Shown: positions 18,209 to 27,584, counted from the stretch's first letter. The stretch is DNA of 64,000 nucleotides from Candidatus Magasanikiibacteriota bacterium (GCA_017991415.1 JAGOQR010000004.1:17549-81548); one strand, 5' to 3'. Notes: a model not told the origin generated them from the sequence alone. Numbers and translations: made by a program.

Positions 18209-18751
18209 ATGTCTACTATAAAAAAAGTGTCTTCAGAAATTATTCATAAAAATCCGTGGTGGGAATATAAAAGTGATAAAATTATTAGGTCAGATGGTTC
18301 GGAAGGGGAATATGCTTATATTGAAACTCCTGGGAATAGTATAGTTGTACCAGTGCTTGATGACGGGCGTTTAATTTTGGTTAGGCAATATAGATACTTA
18401 AATGAAAAGTGGAGCATAGAGTTTCCTGGTGGTGGTATACATGCGGGCGAGTCACCTTCGGACGGTGCAAAAAGAGAATTGCTTGAGGAGTCTGGGTATA
18501 GTACTGAAAATCTAATTAAAATTGGAAATTTTGAGCCTTCTGTCGGTGTGATAAAAGATATGTCGCACGTGTTTATTGCCAATGAGCTATCTTTGGTCAA
18601 AGCGCCGCAATCAGATATTTTTGAGCATACTGAGGTTATTTTGCGCAGAGTCGATGAATTTGAAGAAATGATAAAGCGTGGCGAAATTTGGAATGGGCAG
18701 ACGCTTGGAGCATGGACGATGGTAAGAAATTTAATTCCAAGTAATTTGTAA
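18209..18751 (+). CDS. NUDIX hydrolase
   Basis: Nudix box GGGIHAGESPSDGAKRELLEESGY. Confidence 0.9.
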   Translation: MSTIKKVSSEIIHKNPWWEYKSDKIIRSDGSEGEYAYIETPGNSIVVPVLDDGRLILVRQYRYLNEKWSIEFPGGGIHAGESPSDGAKRELLEESGYSTENLIKIGNFEPSVGVIKDMSHVFIANELSLVKAPQSDIFEHTEVILRRVDEFEEMIKRGEIWNGQTLGAWTMVRNLIPSNL

Positions 18752-18824
18752 AATTTATTTTTTATCGAATTGTGCCAAGCCGTATTATATGGTACAATTT
18801 TGATATTAAATTAGGGTGTAGTAT

Positions 18825-20939
18825 ATGGATGCTCATAGTGAAAGTAACGAAAGGAAACCTGTTTCTCTAGATAACACTAATACAGAGATCAATTTTTTTG
18901 CGTCTACAAATTTTCGCAATACTAATCGTAAATTTGGTATCAAGCTCGATGATCGTCGTCGCCATATGTATGTGGTTGGAAAAACTGGTATGGGCAAGAC
19001 AACGCTTCTGGAGAATATGGTGCTTAACGATATCTATGCAGGGCATGGCGTAGGAGTAGTGGATCCTCATGGAGACTTTGCCGAAAAAATTATCGATTAT
19101 ATTCCTCCCAATCGTATTAATGATGTTGTTTATTTTAACCCATCGGACATTGATTATCCGATCGGTTTTAATATTTTAGAAACTATCGATCCTCGCTATC
19201 GTCATTTGGTAGCTTCGGGTCTTATGGGTGTATTCAAAAAAATATGGCCAGATGTGTGGAGCGCGCGTATGGAATATATTTTGAATAATACCTTGCTTGC
19301 GTTACTCGAATTTCCAAATACTACACTTCTTGGTATTAATAGGTTGCTTGCCGATGATGCGTATCGTAAGCGAGTAGTGCGCAACCTTAAAGATCCGGTG
19401 ATTCGTTCTTTTTGGGAAACAGAATTTGCTGGCTATAACGATCGGTATAAGCAAGAAGCAGTCGCTCCAGTGCAAAATAAAATTGGTCAGTTTTTATCTG
19501 CTTCAGTTATTCGTAATATTGTGGCTCAGGTTAGGTCTCGTATCAATATACGAGAAATAATGGATACCAAAAAAATATTTATCATGAACCTCTCAAAAGG
19601 TAGAATTGGTGAAGATAATTCTCGTCTGTTGGGTGGTATGCTTATTACCAAAATTCAGCTTGCAGCCATGGAAAGAGTCGATACTATAGAAAAAGACCGT
19701 AAAGATTTTTTCTTATACGTAGATGAGTTCCAAAATTTTGCTACAGAAAGTTTTTCTAATATCTTATCCGAAGCCCGTAAGTATCGCCTGGATCTTATCA
19801 TGGCCCATCAGTATATGGAGCAGCTAGATGAGACAGTGCTTGCAGCGGTAATCGGTAACGTTGGTACGCTTGTTACGTTTAGAGTAGGTTCAACTGATGC
19901 CGAAATTTTAGCCAAAGAATTTGCGCCTACTTTTTTGGAAACAGATTTGGTAAACCTTACCAAATTTCAAATTTATTTAAAATTGATGATCGACGGTGTA
20001 GCATCGCAGCCATTTTCAGCAAACACATTATCTCCAATTAATTTATCTACAGGTAGTCTCGAAAAAGTTGTTCGTGTTTCTCGAGAACGATATGCAACTA
20101 ATAGAGAAAATATAGAAGATAAAATAATGCGTTGGACTGGTATAGACAGCAAAGGCTCTGATGCCGATGCAGAAGATGGAAGTGATGATAGAGATGAAGA
20201 TTATACCGAAGATGAAGAAGGAATGCCTGTTAGAATTACACCAATTAAAAAAGAAGTGCCAGAGCCAGTCGAACCTCCTCCGCCAGTGCCACCACCAAGT
20301 AAACCAGCCGTTGTAACAGCTCCCCCTGTTGCGCGAGAACCAGAAAAAAAACCAGAACCAGTTGTGCCTCAAAAACCAAAACAAGATCAACCAAAACCAC
20401 AATCACAGCCGCAATCTGGCAGAAATGATAATAACAAAAAAAACAACAATAATCAGAATAATCAAAATAATAATAAAAACAAAGATAGAGATCGCAATAG
20501 AGATCGAAATAAACAGCAAAATTCTGAAAAGAATAAAAAACCTTTGGACATTAGGCAGAGTACGCCTGTTGCGCTTGTTGATGCAGGTCAAAAAGGAATT
20601 AGCTTGTCTCAAGCTATGCAAACAAACAAACAGGCAGTACCTGTTTCAGAACCTTTTAAATTTAATAACCCGCAGATGGGTGTAGTTCAAGAGGTGCAAG
20701 AGGTATATGACGAACCAAAAAATAGTGAGCAGGAGAGTGTTTTGGTGCCAGTCTCAGCAGAACCTGTTATTAGTCAGTCTGCCCCAATTTACGAGGAAAA
20801 ACGAGAAGAAGCCCAAGTTAAGCCAATTCCACCCTCAAATACACAAGATGTTTCAGAGGCAGTAAAAGGGCATAGTCGACATAGTAGCGGGCATATTCCT
20901 CCAAACAAAGTGGTAAAAATTGACGATAGTGCTGTTTAG
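18825..20939 (+). CDS. TraD/VirD4-like (type IV coupling protein-like) P-loop ATPase with long disordered acidic/Pro/Asn-rich C-terminal tail
   Basis: Walker A VVGKTGMGKTTLL and Walker B FFLYVDEFQNF, with overall resemblance to TrwB/TraD DNA-binding ATPase domains. The last ~270 aa are low complexity (DADAEDGSDDRDEDY, PPPPVPPPSKP, NNNQNNQNNNKNKDRDRNRDRN). Confidence 0.55.
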   Translation: MDAHSESNERKPVSLDNTNTEINFFASTNFRNTNRKFGIKLDDRRRHMYVVGKTGMGKTTLLENMVLNDIYAGHGVGVVDPHGDFAEKIIDYIPPNRINDVVYFNPSDIDYPIGFNILETIDPRYRHLVASGLMGVFKKIWPDVWSARMEYILNNTLLALLEFPNTTLLGINRLLADDAYRKRVVRNLKDPVIRSFWETEFAGYNDRYKQEAVAPVQNKIGQFLSASVIRNIVAQVRSRINIREIMDTKKIFIMNLSKGRIGEDNSRLLGGMLITKIQLAAMERVDTIEKDRKDFFLYVDEFQNFATESFSNILSEARKYRLDLIMAHQYMEQLDETVLAAVIGNVGTLVTFRVGSTDAEILAKEFAPTFLETDLVNLTKFQIYLKLMIDGVASQPFSANTLSPINLSTGSLEKVVRVSRERYATNRENIEDKIMRWTGIDSKGSDADAEDGSDDRDEDYTEDEEGMPVRITPIKKEVPEPVEPPPPVPPPSKPAVVTAPPVAREPEKKPEPVVPQKPKQDQPKPQSQPQSGRNDNNKKNNNNQNNQNNNKNKDRDRNRDRNKQQNSEKNKKPLDIRQSTPVALVDAGQKGISLSQAMQTNKQAVPVSEPFKFNNPQMGVVQEVQEVYDEPKNSEQESVLVPVSAEPVISQSAPIYEEKREEAQVKPIPPSNTQDVSEAVKGHSRHSSGHIPPNKVVKIDDSAV

Positions 20940-20956
20940 CCGGTTGCTTGGCGGGG

Positions 20957-20985
20957 TTGACAAAAGAGCAAAATAATGGTATAAT
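20957..20985 (+). promoter_or_regulatory. Consensus sigma70 promoter with ~95 nt leader
   Basis: TTGACA (20957-20962), a 17 bp spacer, then TATAAT (20980-20985), preceded by GGGG. The leader contains the inverted repeat ttcccaaaat (21014-21023) / attttgggaa (21051-21060). Confidence 0.65.
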
Positions 20986-21079
20986 TTTTTTTATAAAAAT
21001 TGGGCAACAACCGTTCCCAAAATAGGTCGAATTAATCAATCTCAAAAACCATTTTGGGAACAAAAAGTACAAAAAACAT

Positions 21080-21391
21080 ATGGCATTCGATGGAACAAGA
21101 CAAATGTATAATGTGGATTTAACTTGCGCTAAATGCGGTAACCACATCTCTCAATTGCCTTTTGAGCCAAAAGGAGATCGCCCAGTTTATTGCTTTGACT
21201 GCAATAAATCTTTCCGCCAAAATCGTACAGATGACCGCGGACACGGTGGCCCTCGCGCTCCAAGACAAATGTACAGCGTTAACGTACAGTGCGCTGAATG
21301 TGGAACCCAGATTTCGGAATTACCATTCCAACCATCTGGAGACAAGCCAGTTTACTGCAGAAACTGCATGATGGCTCGCAGAAATTCCTAA
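21080..21391 (+). CDS. Tandem zinc-ribbon protein (2 x CxxC-x18-CxxC repeats)
   Basis: Two ~45 aa internal repeats: MYNVDLTCAKCGNHISQLPFEPKGDRPVYCFDC and MYSVNVQCAECGTQISELPFQPSGDKPVYCRNC. GC content is higher than in the neighbouring genes. Confidence 0.7.
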   Translation: MAFDGTRQMYNVDLTCAKCGNHISQLPFEPKGDRPVYCFDCNKSFRQNRTDDRGHGGPRAPRQMYSVNVQCAECGTQISELPFQPSGDKPVYCRNCMMARRNS

Positions 21392-21409
21392 TTAAGAATT
21401 TTTAAACAA

Positions 21410-21445
21410 AAACACCGTCGAGAAATCGATGGTGTTTTGTTATTG
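21410..21445 (+). terminator. Rho-independent terminator
   Basis: acaccgtcga-gaaa-tcgatggtgt (one G-U pair) followed by tttgttatt. Confidence 0.7.
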
Positions 21446-21477
21446 AAATTTTTAGCTAATTCTGGTATGTTTCTGTT

Positions 21478-22566
21478 ATGCAAAATAAAAACAATAAAAA
21501 AATAAAAGTGCTTGTAGCTATGTCTGGTGGCGTAGACTCTTCGGTCGCGGCCGCTCTTTTGGTATCCCAAGGATATCAGGTAACTGGTGTTTTTGTTGTT
21601 AATTATGAAGAAGAAAATACAACCGATATCAAATGTTGGACAGGGGACTATCAAGACGCTTTGCGTGTAGCTGCCCATATTGGTATTCCGCTCGTGCGTT
21701 GGGATTTTAAAAAAGAATACAAAAAAAACGTTTTAGATTATATGTACGCCGAATATAGATTGGGGAGAACGCCTAATCCAGACGTGTTATGTAATAAATT
21801 TATTAAATTTGGTGCTTGGCTTGCCAAAGCCACAGCCCTTGGTTTTGATAAGCTGGCTACTGGCCATTATGCCAAGATTGGTGGGCAACTAGCAAAATCA
21901 AAAAATAGTACAATTAAATTACTGCAAGCAAAGGATGATAACAAAGACCAGACATATTTCTTGCACCAGTTAAATCAGGGGCAGTTGGCATATACGCTCT
22001 TTCCTTTAGGGAATTATACCAAACCTCAGGTGCGAAAATTGGCACAAAAATTTGGCTTGCCAAATGCAGAAAAAGAAGAAAGTATGGGGATTTGTTTTAT
22101 AGGTGAAGTGCCGATGAAAGAGTTCTTAATGAAAGAAATAAAAACAAAAAAAGGAGATATTATGCTTAGCAGTGGCGAAAAAATAGGAGAGCACGATGGT
22201 CTCTCTTTTTACACTATTGGCCAAAGAAGTTTGGGGATAAAGACAGATTTAAACAGGCCCCTCTATGTAGTAGATAAAAAAGAAAATACTAATACCGTTG
22301 TAGTTGGTTATGAAGATGATCCGTTATTATATAAAAAAGAGGTAGAAATAGACGATATAAATTGGGTGGCCGAGCAAGAACCAGTGTTTCCTTTGGTATG
22401 TCAGGTCCGTTTGCGTCATCGACAATCTTTGCAGAAAGTAGTGGTAGATAAGCAAGATAAAAAAATAATGTTAAAGTTTGCCGAGTCTCAGCGCGCAATA
22501 ACTCCAGGCCAGTTTGCAGTATTTTACAAAAAAAATGAATGTTTAGGCGGGGGAGTGGTAAAATAA
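21478..22566 (+). CDS. mnmA: tRNA-specific 2-thiouridylase MnmA
   Basis: PP-loop AMSGGVDSS, and the pattern of catalytic Cys is conserved. Confidence 0.9.
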   Translation: MQNKNNKKIKVLVAMSGGVDSSVAAALLVSQGYQVTGVFVVNYEEENTTDIKCWTGDYQDALRVAAHIGIPLVRWDFKKEYKKNVLDYMYAEYRLGRTPNPDVLCNKFIKFGAWLAKATALGFDKLATGHYAKIGGQLAKSKNSTIKLLQAKDDNKDQTYFLHQLNQGQLAYTLFPLGNYTKPQVRKLAQKFGLPNAEKEESMGICFIGEVPMKEFLMKEIKTKKGDIMLSSGEKIGEHDGLSFYTIGQRSLGIKTDLNRPLYVVDKKENTNTVVVGYEDDPLLYKKEVEIDDINWVAEQEPVFPLVCQVRLRHRQSLQKVVVDKQDKKIMLKFAESQRAITPGQFAVFYKKNECLGGGVVK

Positions 22567-22615
22567 AGCACTCTTGAATTTCCTTAGTATTATTGCTATT
22601 ATTTAAATAGAAAAT

Positions 22616-24610
22616 ATGAATTTTATTACGAAAAATCAGGATAATTCACGCGCTCTGCGACTGGGATATATTGCCTTTGCTTTGGCTATAGCTGTGCTCT
22701 ATGACCTCTTTTTTTGGCAACAAGAAATCGGGGTCGCTTTTCCGTTGTTTGTAGTTATATATTTGGTGGGTTTTCTGCTTATTTCTGTATTAACCAATCA
22801 ATTCCGCCAGCGCTGGCCGCTAGCTTTGCTTTTGCCAATAGTAGTGCTAAGTATTAATACTATTTTATATAGCAATAACCTCGTGCATTTGCTGGTTACT
22901 AAAGTAGTTTTTTTGTTATCAATCGTTTTTTCTTTGTTGGTCACCCTTGCCAATCCGCATAGACATCCATTCTCATTTCGCCAGATACCTTTGCTTCATA
23001 GTATAGATTTGCCGTTTACCAAGTGGAATCAGATGTATATGGATTTGTTCCGTTGGAAAGGAGAAGCTGATAAAGATATAACGCGTAAAGTGGCGATTGG
23101 TCTTATTATTTCGCTACCAATTTTGTTTATTTTCACCATTCTCTTCATGCAGGCAGATGCTGTATTTTCACAGTGGTTTAATAATATATTTGATCTTACT
23201 AACGAAATTTCATTGCAAGGGCTGTGGAGAGTGGTGCGGGCGATTATTTTTACAATTTTTATTGGCAGTTTTTTCTATTGTGTTTTTTCCGATGGTCACG
23301 AGCTTGGGCACAAAGAGCAGTCTGTCATGAGGTTTGATCGGATTATTACTGGGGTTGTGTTAGGGCTGGTAAATATTTTGTTTTTGATTTTTGTGACTAT
23401 ACAGTTTAAGTATTTGTTTGGCTCAGCTAGTTTTGTTTTTGAAAACGGCCTGGCTTATGCCGAATATGCTCGTAAAGGATTTTTTGAATTGGCCTGGGTA
23501 GTGGCGCTGGCAGCGTTTATGATAATTGCGGTATACCGTTCATTTGTGCGTCATGGCATTTCCAAAATAATTACCGCCTTACAAATAGTGCTTGTAGCTC
23601 AGGTGGGAGTAATAGCTATATCTGCCCTCAAACGCATGTATCTGTACCAAGAAGTCTATGGTTTTACCGTACTGCGATTGTATGTAGAATGGGCGATTTA
23701 TCTGGTGCTGCTATTACTGGCATTTACAATTGTTAGTTTGCTACTAAAAATTTCATTTAGAAAGTTTTGGTATGTTAATTTAGCCGTTGGCGTTCTTGCA
23801 TTTACAGTAGTTGCTACTATCAATGTTGATAAAATGATCGCTAAAGAAAATATTGATCGCTTTCTACGGCAGGGAAAGGAGTTGGATTTGTTATACTTTG
23901 AGCGTCTTTCCACTGATATTTTGCCGGTATTTCATCAATTATTAAATCAGGAAAACTTTAATAAATTTTCTGCCACAGATCAGCTGTATATCGCGGGAAT
24001 TTTCAAGCAAAAAATTGGATCTATTGCCAAGCGGGATAGTTGGCGTGAATGGCATATTGGTGATGCTAAAAATAGATATTTTACTATTGCTCCAGATCCA
24101 GATTACTTTAACTATATAAACCGGTTACAGGCTGCAGAGGCAGAATATACAAACATTGAAGCCCGAGCTGCTTCAGTTCAGCTGCCTTCATGCGAGTTGT
24201 ATAAAGGTATTGATCCAAGTCCGTTTATGATGAGACGTTGTTTTGCGACTGTTGTGAATGGAAAAAGTTATGTTTATGTACTTGATGTAATGAAAAATTC
24301 CTTACCTCTTCCAGAAGGTAGTAAAAATATAACAGGAGTTGGAGATATTCAGTATACCCCAAGTTTTTTTGTGTATGAGAAAGCTACGAGTACCGATCCT
24401 GGTATAGTTACGTACCGTCAGGTATATAAGAAATCATTACCTGTCTACCTCGCTAAGGATTATACTTTTACTCAAATTCCACTTCATGTATTTTTAGCAG
24501 ACGGCAGGGTTCTTGAAAAAGCGCCAAAAGAAAAAAGACATTACGCATACAATCTGGTAAATACTAACAATCAATTTAATTTAGTACGATCGGGTCCTTT
24601 AGAAAAATAA
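22616..24610 (+). CDS. Hypothetical polytopic membrane protein with soluble C-terminal domain
   Basis: 664 aa. About 12 TM segments in the first ~400 aa, then a hydrophilic domain. No family recognised. Confidence 0.5.
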   Translation: MNFITKNQDNSRALRLGYIAFALAIAVLYDLFFWQQEIGVAFPLFVVIYLVGFLLISVLTNQFRQRWPLALLLPIVVLSINTILYSNNLVHLLVTKVVFLLSIVFSLLVTLANPHRHPFSFRQIPLLHSIDLPFTKWNQMYMDLFRWKGEADKDITRKVAIGLIISLPILFIFTILFMQADAVFSQWFNNIFDLTNEISLQGLWRVVRAIIFTIFIGSFFYCVFSDGHELGHKEQSVMRFDRIITGVVLGLVNILFLIFVTIQFKYLFGSASFVFENGLAYAEYARKGFFELAWVVALAAFMIIAVYRSFVRHGISKIITALQIVLVAQVGVIAISALKRMYLYQEVYGFTVLRLYVEWAIYLVLLLLAFTIVSLLLKISFRKFWYVNLAVGVLAFTVVATINVDKMIAKENIDRFLRQGKELDLLYFERLSTDILPVFHQLLNQENFNKFSATDQLYIAGIFKQKIGSIAKRDSWREWHIGDAKNRYFTIAPDPDYFNYINRLQAAEAEYTNIEARAASVQLPSCELYKGIDPSPFMMRRCFATVVNGKSYVYVLDVMKNSLPLPEGSKNITGVGDIQYTPSFFVYEKATSTDPGIVTYRQVYKKSLPVYLAKDYTFTQIPLHVFLADGRVLEKAPKEKRHYAYNLVNTNNQFNLVRSGPLEK

Positions 24611-24614
24611 TTAT

Positions 24615-26465
24615 ATGATCACCTCACACGAACTCCGCCAAAAATATTTAGACTTTTTCAAATCAAAGGGCCATGCCATTATTAGCTCTGCTTCGGTTGT
24701 GCCTGATAACGACCCAACAGTGCTTTTTACTACAGCTGGTATGCATCCACTTGTCCCATATTTAATGGGTCAAAAGCATCCAAGTGGTACCAAACTTGCT
24801 AATATTCAAAAGTGTATTCGTACTCAAGATATTGATGAAGTGGGAGATAATCGCCATGATACTTTTTTTGAAATGTTAGGTAATTGGTCGCTCGGAGATT
24901 ACTTTAAAAAAGAAGCTATTACGTGGAGTTGGGAATTTTTAACTTCCAAAGATTACTTAAGTATTGATAAAAATAAATTAGCTGTAACTGTCTTTGCTGG
25001 TGACGCAGATGCTTCAGTAGATAGTGAATCTGCCGAAATTTGGAAATCGCTCGGTGTGCCAGAAAATAGAATTGGCTATTTGCCAAAGAAAAATAACTGG
25101 TGGGGACCAGCGGGAGTAACTGGCCCATGCGGACCAGACACAGAAATGTTTTACTGGAAAGGAGAAAGTGAGTTGCCTCCAGAAAATAGTAACCCTGCCA
25201 CCGATGAAGATAATTGGTTAGAAATTTGGAACGATGTCTTCATGCAGTATTTTAAAAAAGCAGACGGAACATTTGAGCCGCTACAGCAAAAAAATGTAGA
25301 TACTGGCATGGGTCTTGAGCGTACCCTTATGGTCTTAAATGGCTTTACCGACGTCTTTCAGATAGATACATTTTGGCCGCTTATCAAAAAAATCGAAGAA
25401 ATTTCTGGTCGTATTTATATGGAAAGCAATGACGTTACTCGCTCAATGCGCGTGATTGCGGATCATATTCGTACTGCCACCATTATAATGGGCGACGATA
25501 AAGGTATTGCCCCAGCTAACGTAGATCAGGGCTATATTGTGCGTCGTCTTATTCGTCGGGCGGTGCGTCATGGTCGCACACTAGGAATCAAAGAAAATTT
25601 TTGTACCGCCATTGCCGAAGGAGTGCTTGTTATTTTTGCTGATGTTTATCCAGAATTAGTACGTAATAAAGAATTTGTCATGCTCGAAATGGCAAAAGAA
25701 GAAAGTAAATTTAGAAACACAATTGAGCAAGGCCTCAAAGAATTCGATCGTTTAATGGGCGAGCTCCAATTATTTTTTGAAAAAACAGGGGAAACACTCA
25801 AGCAGATTTCTGGGAAACAAGCATTTAAATTATATGATACCTATGGTTTTCCGCTTGAGATAACCCAAGAGTTGGCTAATGAGCGGGGCCTTATGGTAGA
25901 TGTAAATAGTTTTGAAGAAGAATTTAAAAAACACCAAGAATTATCACGCGCAGGATCTACGCAAAAATTTCATGGCGGATTGGCTGATCATTCCGAAATT
26001 TCTACAAGGTATCATACAGCTACTCATTTATTGCATGCTACGCTTATCAAAATTCTTGGTCCTCATGCTACGCAGCGTGGTAGTAATATTACCCAAGAGC
26101 GTATGCGCTTTGATTTTGCGCATCCTCAAAAAATGACTCCCGAACAAGTAAAATTAGCCGAAGATTTGGTAAATGCCGCTATTACCCGAGATTATCCAGT
26201 AAGTTGGGCGGAAATGAGTTTTGCTGAAGCTAAAGAAAAAGGAGCTATTGGTTTATTTGAAGATAAATACCAAGCAATGGTCAAAGTTTATACCATGGGT
26301 GATATAAACGTACGAGCTGATGCAGATCCAAATAGTCCTACCTATAGCCGTGAAGTATGTGGAGGTCCTCATGTAGAACATACTGGTCTAGTTGGGAAGT
26401 TTAAAATTGTAAAAGAAGAAGCCGTAAGTGCAGGTATGCGAAGAATTAAAGCAATTGTGGAATAA
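24615..26465 (+). CDS. alaS: Alanine--tRNA ligase, short form lacking C-Ala domain
   Basis: Class II motifs (FTTAGMHPLVPYL, GNWSLGDYFK) and editing-domain zinc motifs (HTATHLLHATL, CGGPHVEH). Only 616 aa, ending shortly after the editing core. Confidence 0.9.
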   Translation: MITSHELRQKYLDFFKSKGHAIISSASVVPDNDPTVLFTTAGMHPLVPYLMGQKHPSGTKLANIQKCIRTQDIDEVGDNRHDTFFEMLGNWSLGDYFKKEAITWSWEFLTSKDYLSIDKNKLAVTVFAGDADASVDSESAEIWKSLGVPENRIGYLPKKNNWWGPAGVTGPCGPDTEMFYWKGESELPPENSNPATDEDNWLEIWNDVFMQYFKKADGTFEPLQQKNVDTGMGLERTLMVLNGFTDVFQIDTFWPLIKKIEEISGRIYMESNDVTRSMRVIADHIRTATIIMGDDKGIAPANVDQGYIVRRLIRRAVRHGRTLGIKENFCTAIAEGVLVIFADVYPELVRNKEFVMLEMAKEESKFRNTIEQGLKEFDRLMGELQLFFEKTGETLKQISGKQAFKLYDTYGFPLEITQELANERGLMVDVNSFEEEFKKHQELSRAGSTQKFHGGLADHSEISTRYHTATHLLHATLIKILGPHATQRGSNITQERMRFDFAHPQKMTPEQVKLAEDLVNAAITRDYPVSWAEMSFAEAKEKGAIGLFEDKYQAMVKVYTMGDINVRADADPNSPTYSREVCGGPHVEHTGLVGKFKIVKEEAVSAGMRRIKAIVE

Positions 26466-26473
26466 TTAATTTC

Positions 26474-26920
26474 ATGCTAAAAAAATTACTTTTACATCTG
26501 TGGTCAATGCGCGATCAGTTTACGCGTTATTTTATTGTTGGTTTTAGTGGTGTTTTCTTGGATATTGGCTCTTTATATCTACTTTCAGACGTTTGGCACC
26601 TCAAACCGTATCTCGCAGTTGGTATAAACGGTATATTTTTGCTTAGTTACGTATTTTTCTTAAATAAGCACTGGACCTTTAAATCAAACGGCGTTACCCA
26701 TAAGCAGGTAGTTCGTTTTTTTGTCGTTTCAGGGTTTAACTATGCAGTTTCAGTCAGCTGGATGTACTTTTTCAATGAAAAATTAGGCATCAATCATCTG
26801 ATAGCCCGTATTTTCAATATTGCGGTAGCTGTAGCCTGGAACTTCTTTTTATACAAGTTTTGGGTCTATAAACCCGATAAAATCCTAGTCACTCCTGAAA
26901 CCGTGGTAAATAAAGGCTAA
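26474..26920 (+). CDS. GtrA-family membrane protein
   Basis: 148 aa, 4 TM, with N-terminal FTRYFIVGFSGVFLDIGSLYLL typical of GtrA-like proteins. Confidence 0.75.
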   Translation: MLKKLLLHLWSMRDQFTRYFIVGFSGVFLDIGSLYLLSDVWHLKPYLAVGINGIFLLSYVFFLNKHWTFKSNGVTHKQVVRFFVVSGFNYAVSVSWMYFFNEKLGINHLIARIFNIAVAVAWNFFLYKFWVYKPDKILVTPETVVNKG

Positions 26921-26946
26921 AATGTGTATAAATGCCATTTTTGCTC

Positions 26947-26975
26947 TTGACGAAACCGAATATTTCCATTATCAT
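26947..26975 (+). promoter_or_regulatory. Sigma70 promoter for infA
   Basis: TTGACG (26947-26952), a 17 bp spacer, then TATCAT (26970-26975). Confidence 0.55.
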
Positions 26976-27001
26976 ATAACAGTTATTAATTTTGAAAACA
27001 A

Positions 27002-27217
27002 ATGGCTAACAAGGACCTTATAGAATTAAAAGGTACTATTGAGGAGTTATTGCCTGCTACGACTTTTAAGGTAAAACTTGAAAGTGGACAGGTGGTTATT
27101 GCTCATTTGTCAGGAAAGTTACGAATGAACAAGATTAGATTGAGTCTTGGGGACAGTGTCAGAATAGAAATGACCCCATACGACTTGACAAAAGGACGAA
27201 TTACATATAGATTCTAG
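27002..27217 (+). CDS. infA: Translation initiation factor IF-1
   Basis: 71 aa S1-like fold; [67 protein letters not shown]. Confidence 0.95.
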   Translation: MANKDLIELKGTIEELLPATTFKVKLESGQVVIAHLSGKLRMNKIRLSLGDSVRIEMTPYDLTKGRITYRF

Positions 27218-27426
27218 GTATACAATTTAAAAATACTTTGAAAAGAGTATCAACCATTGCGGTGTAGCCTGATCGTTGTTATACACACGGCCAAATGTCC
27301 GTATAACAGACCATCGGGCGTTGATATCGCGGCAGTGGTTGGTATTTTTTGAAACTAAAATTACAGGTAATCATTCGTTCGGAAATAAGCAAAAACATTT
27401 GCTCATTTCTCTCACTCATTTCGAAT

Positions 27427-27540
27427 ATGAAAGTTAGAGTATCAGTTAAAAAAATGTGTATTAAATGTAAGACTGTGCGCCGCAAAGGCCGCGTTTGTGT
27501 TATTTGCAGTAATCCAAAACACAAACAAAGACAAGGATAA
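27427..27540 (+). CDS. rpmJ: 50S ribosomal protein L36
   Basis: [37 protein letters not shown]. The track ORF starting at 27349 is an over-extension. Confidence 0.9.
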   Translation: MKVRVSVKKMCIKCKTVRRKGRVCVICSNPKHKQRQG

Positions 27541-27584
27541 TTACTCAAAAATTTAAATAAACCTAAATTCTAAATTTCAAAAGT

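Noticed and set aside
20043-20685. ORFs 20043..20402 (-), 20329..20685 (+) and 20403..20621 (-) inside the T4CP-like gene
   Set aside because: They lie within the low-complexity repeat region and their translations are compositionally absurd (W/F-rich or N/K-rich), so they are frame artefacts. The nucleotide repeats here are coding low-complexity, not a CRISPR array, because they lack regular spacer/repeat periodicity.
21388-21678. 96-aa minus-strand ORF spanning the terminator and the mnmA start
   Set aside because: It overlaps a clear terminator hairpin and the 5' end of mnmA. It has no RBS or coding signal.
27349-27426. Extended 63-aa version of rpmJ starting at 27349
   Set aside because: L36 is universally ~37-38 aa. 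The extension lies in the AT-rich spacer and lacks conservation, so ATG 27427 gives the canonical protein.
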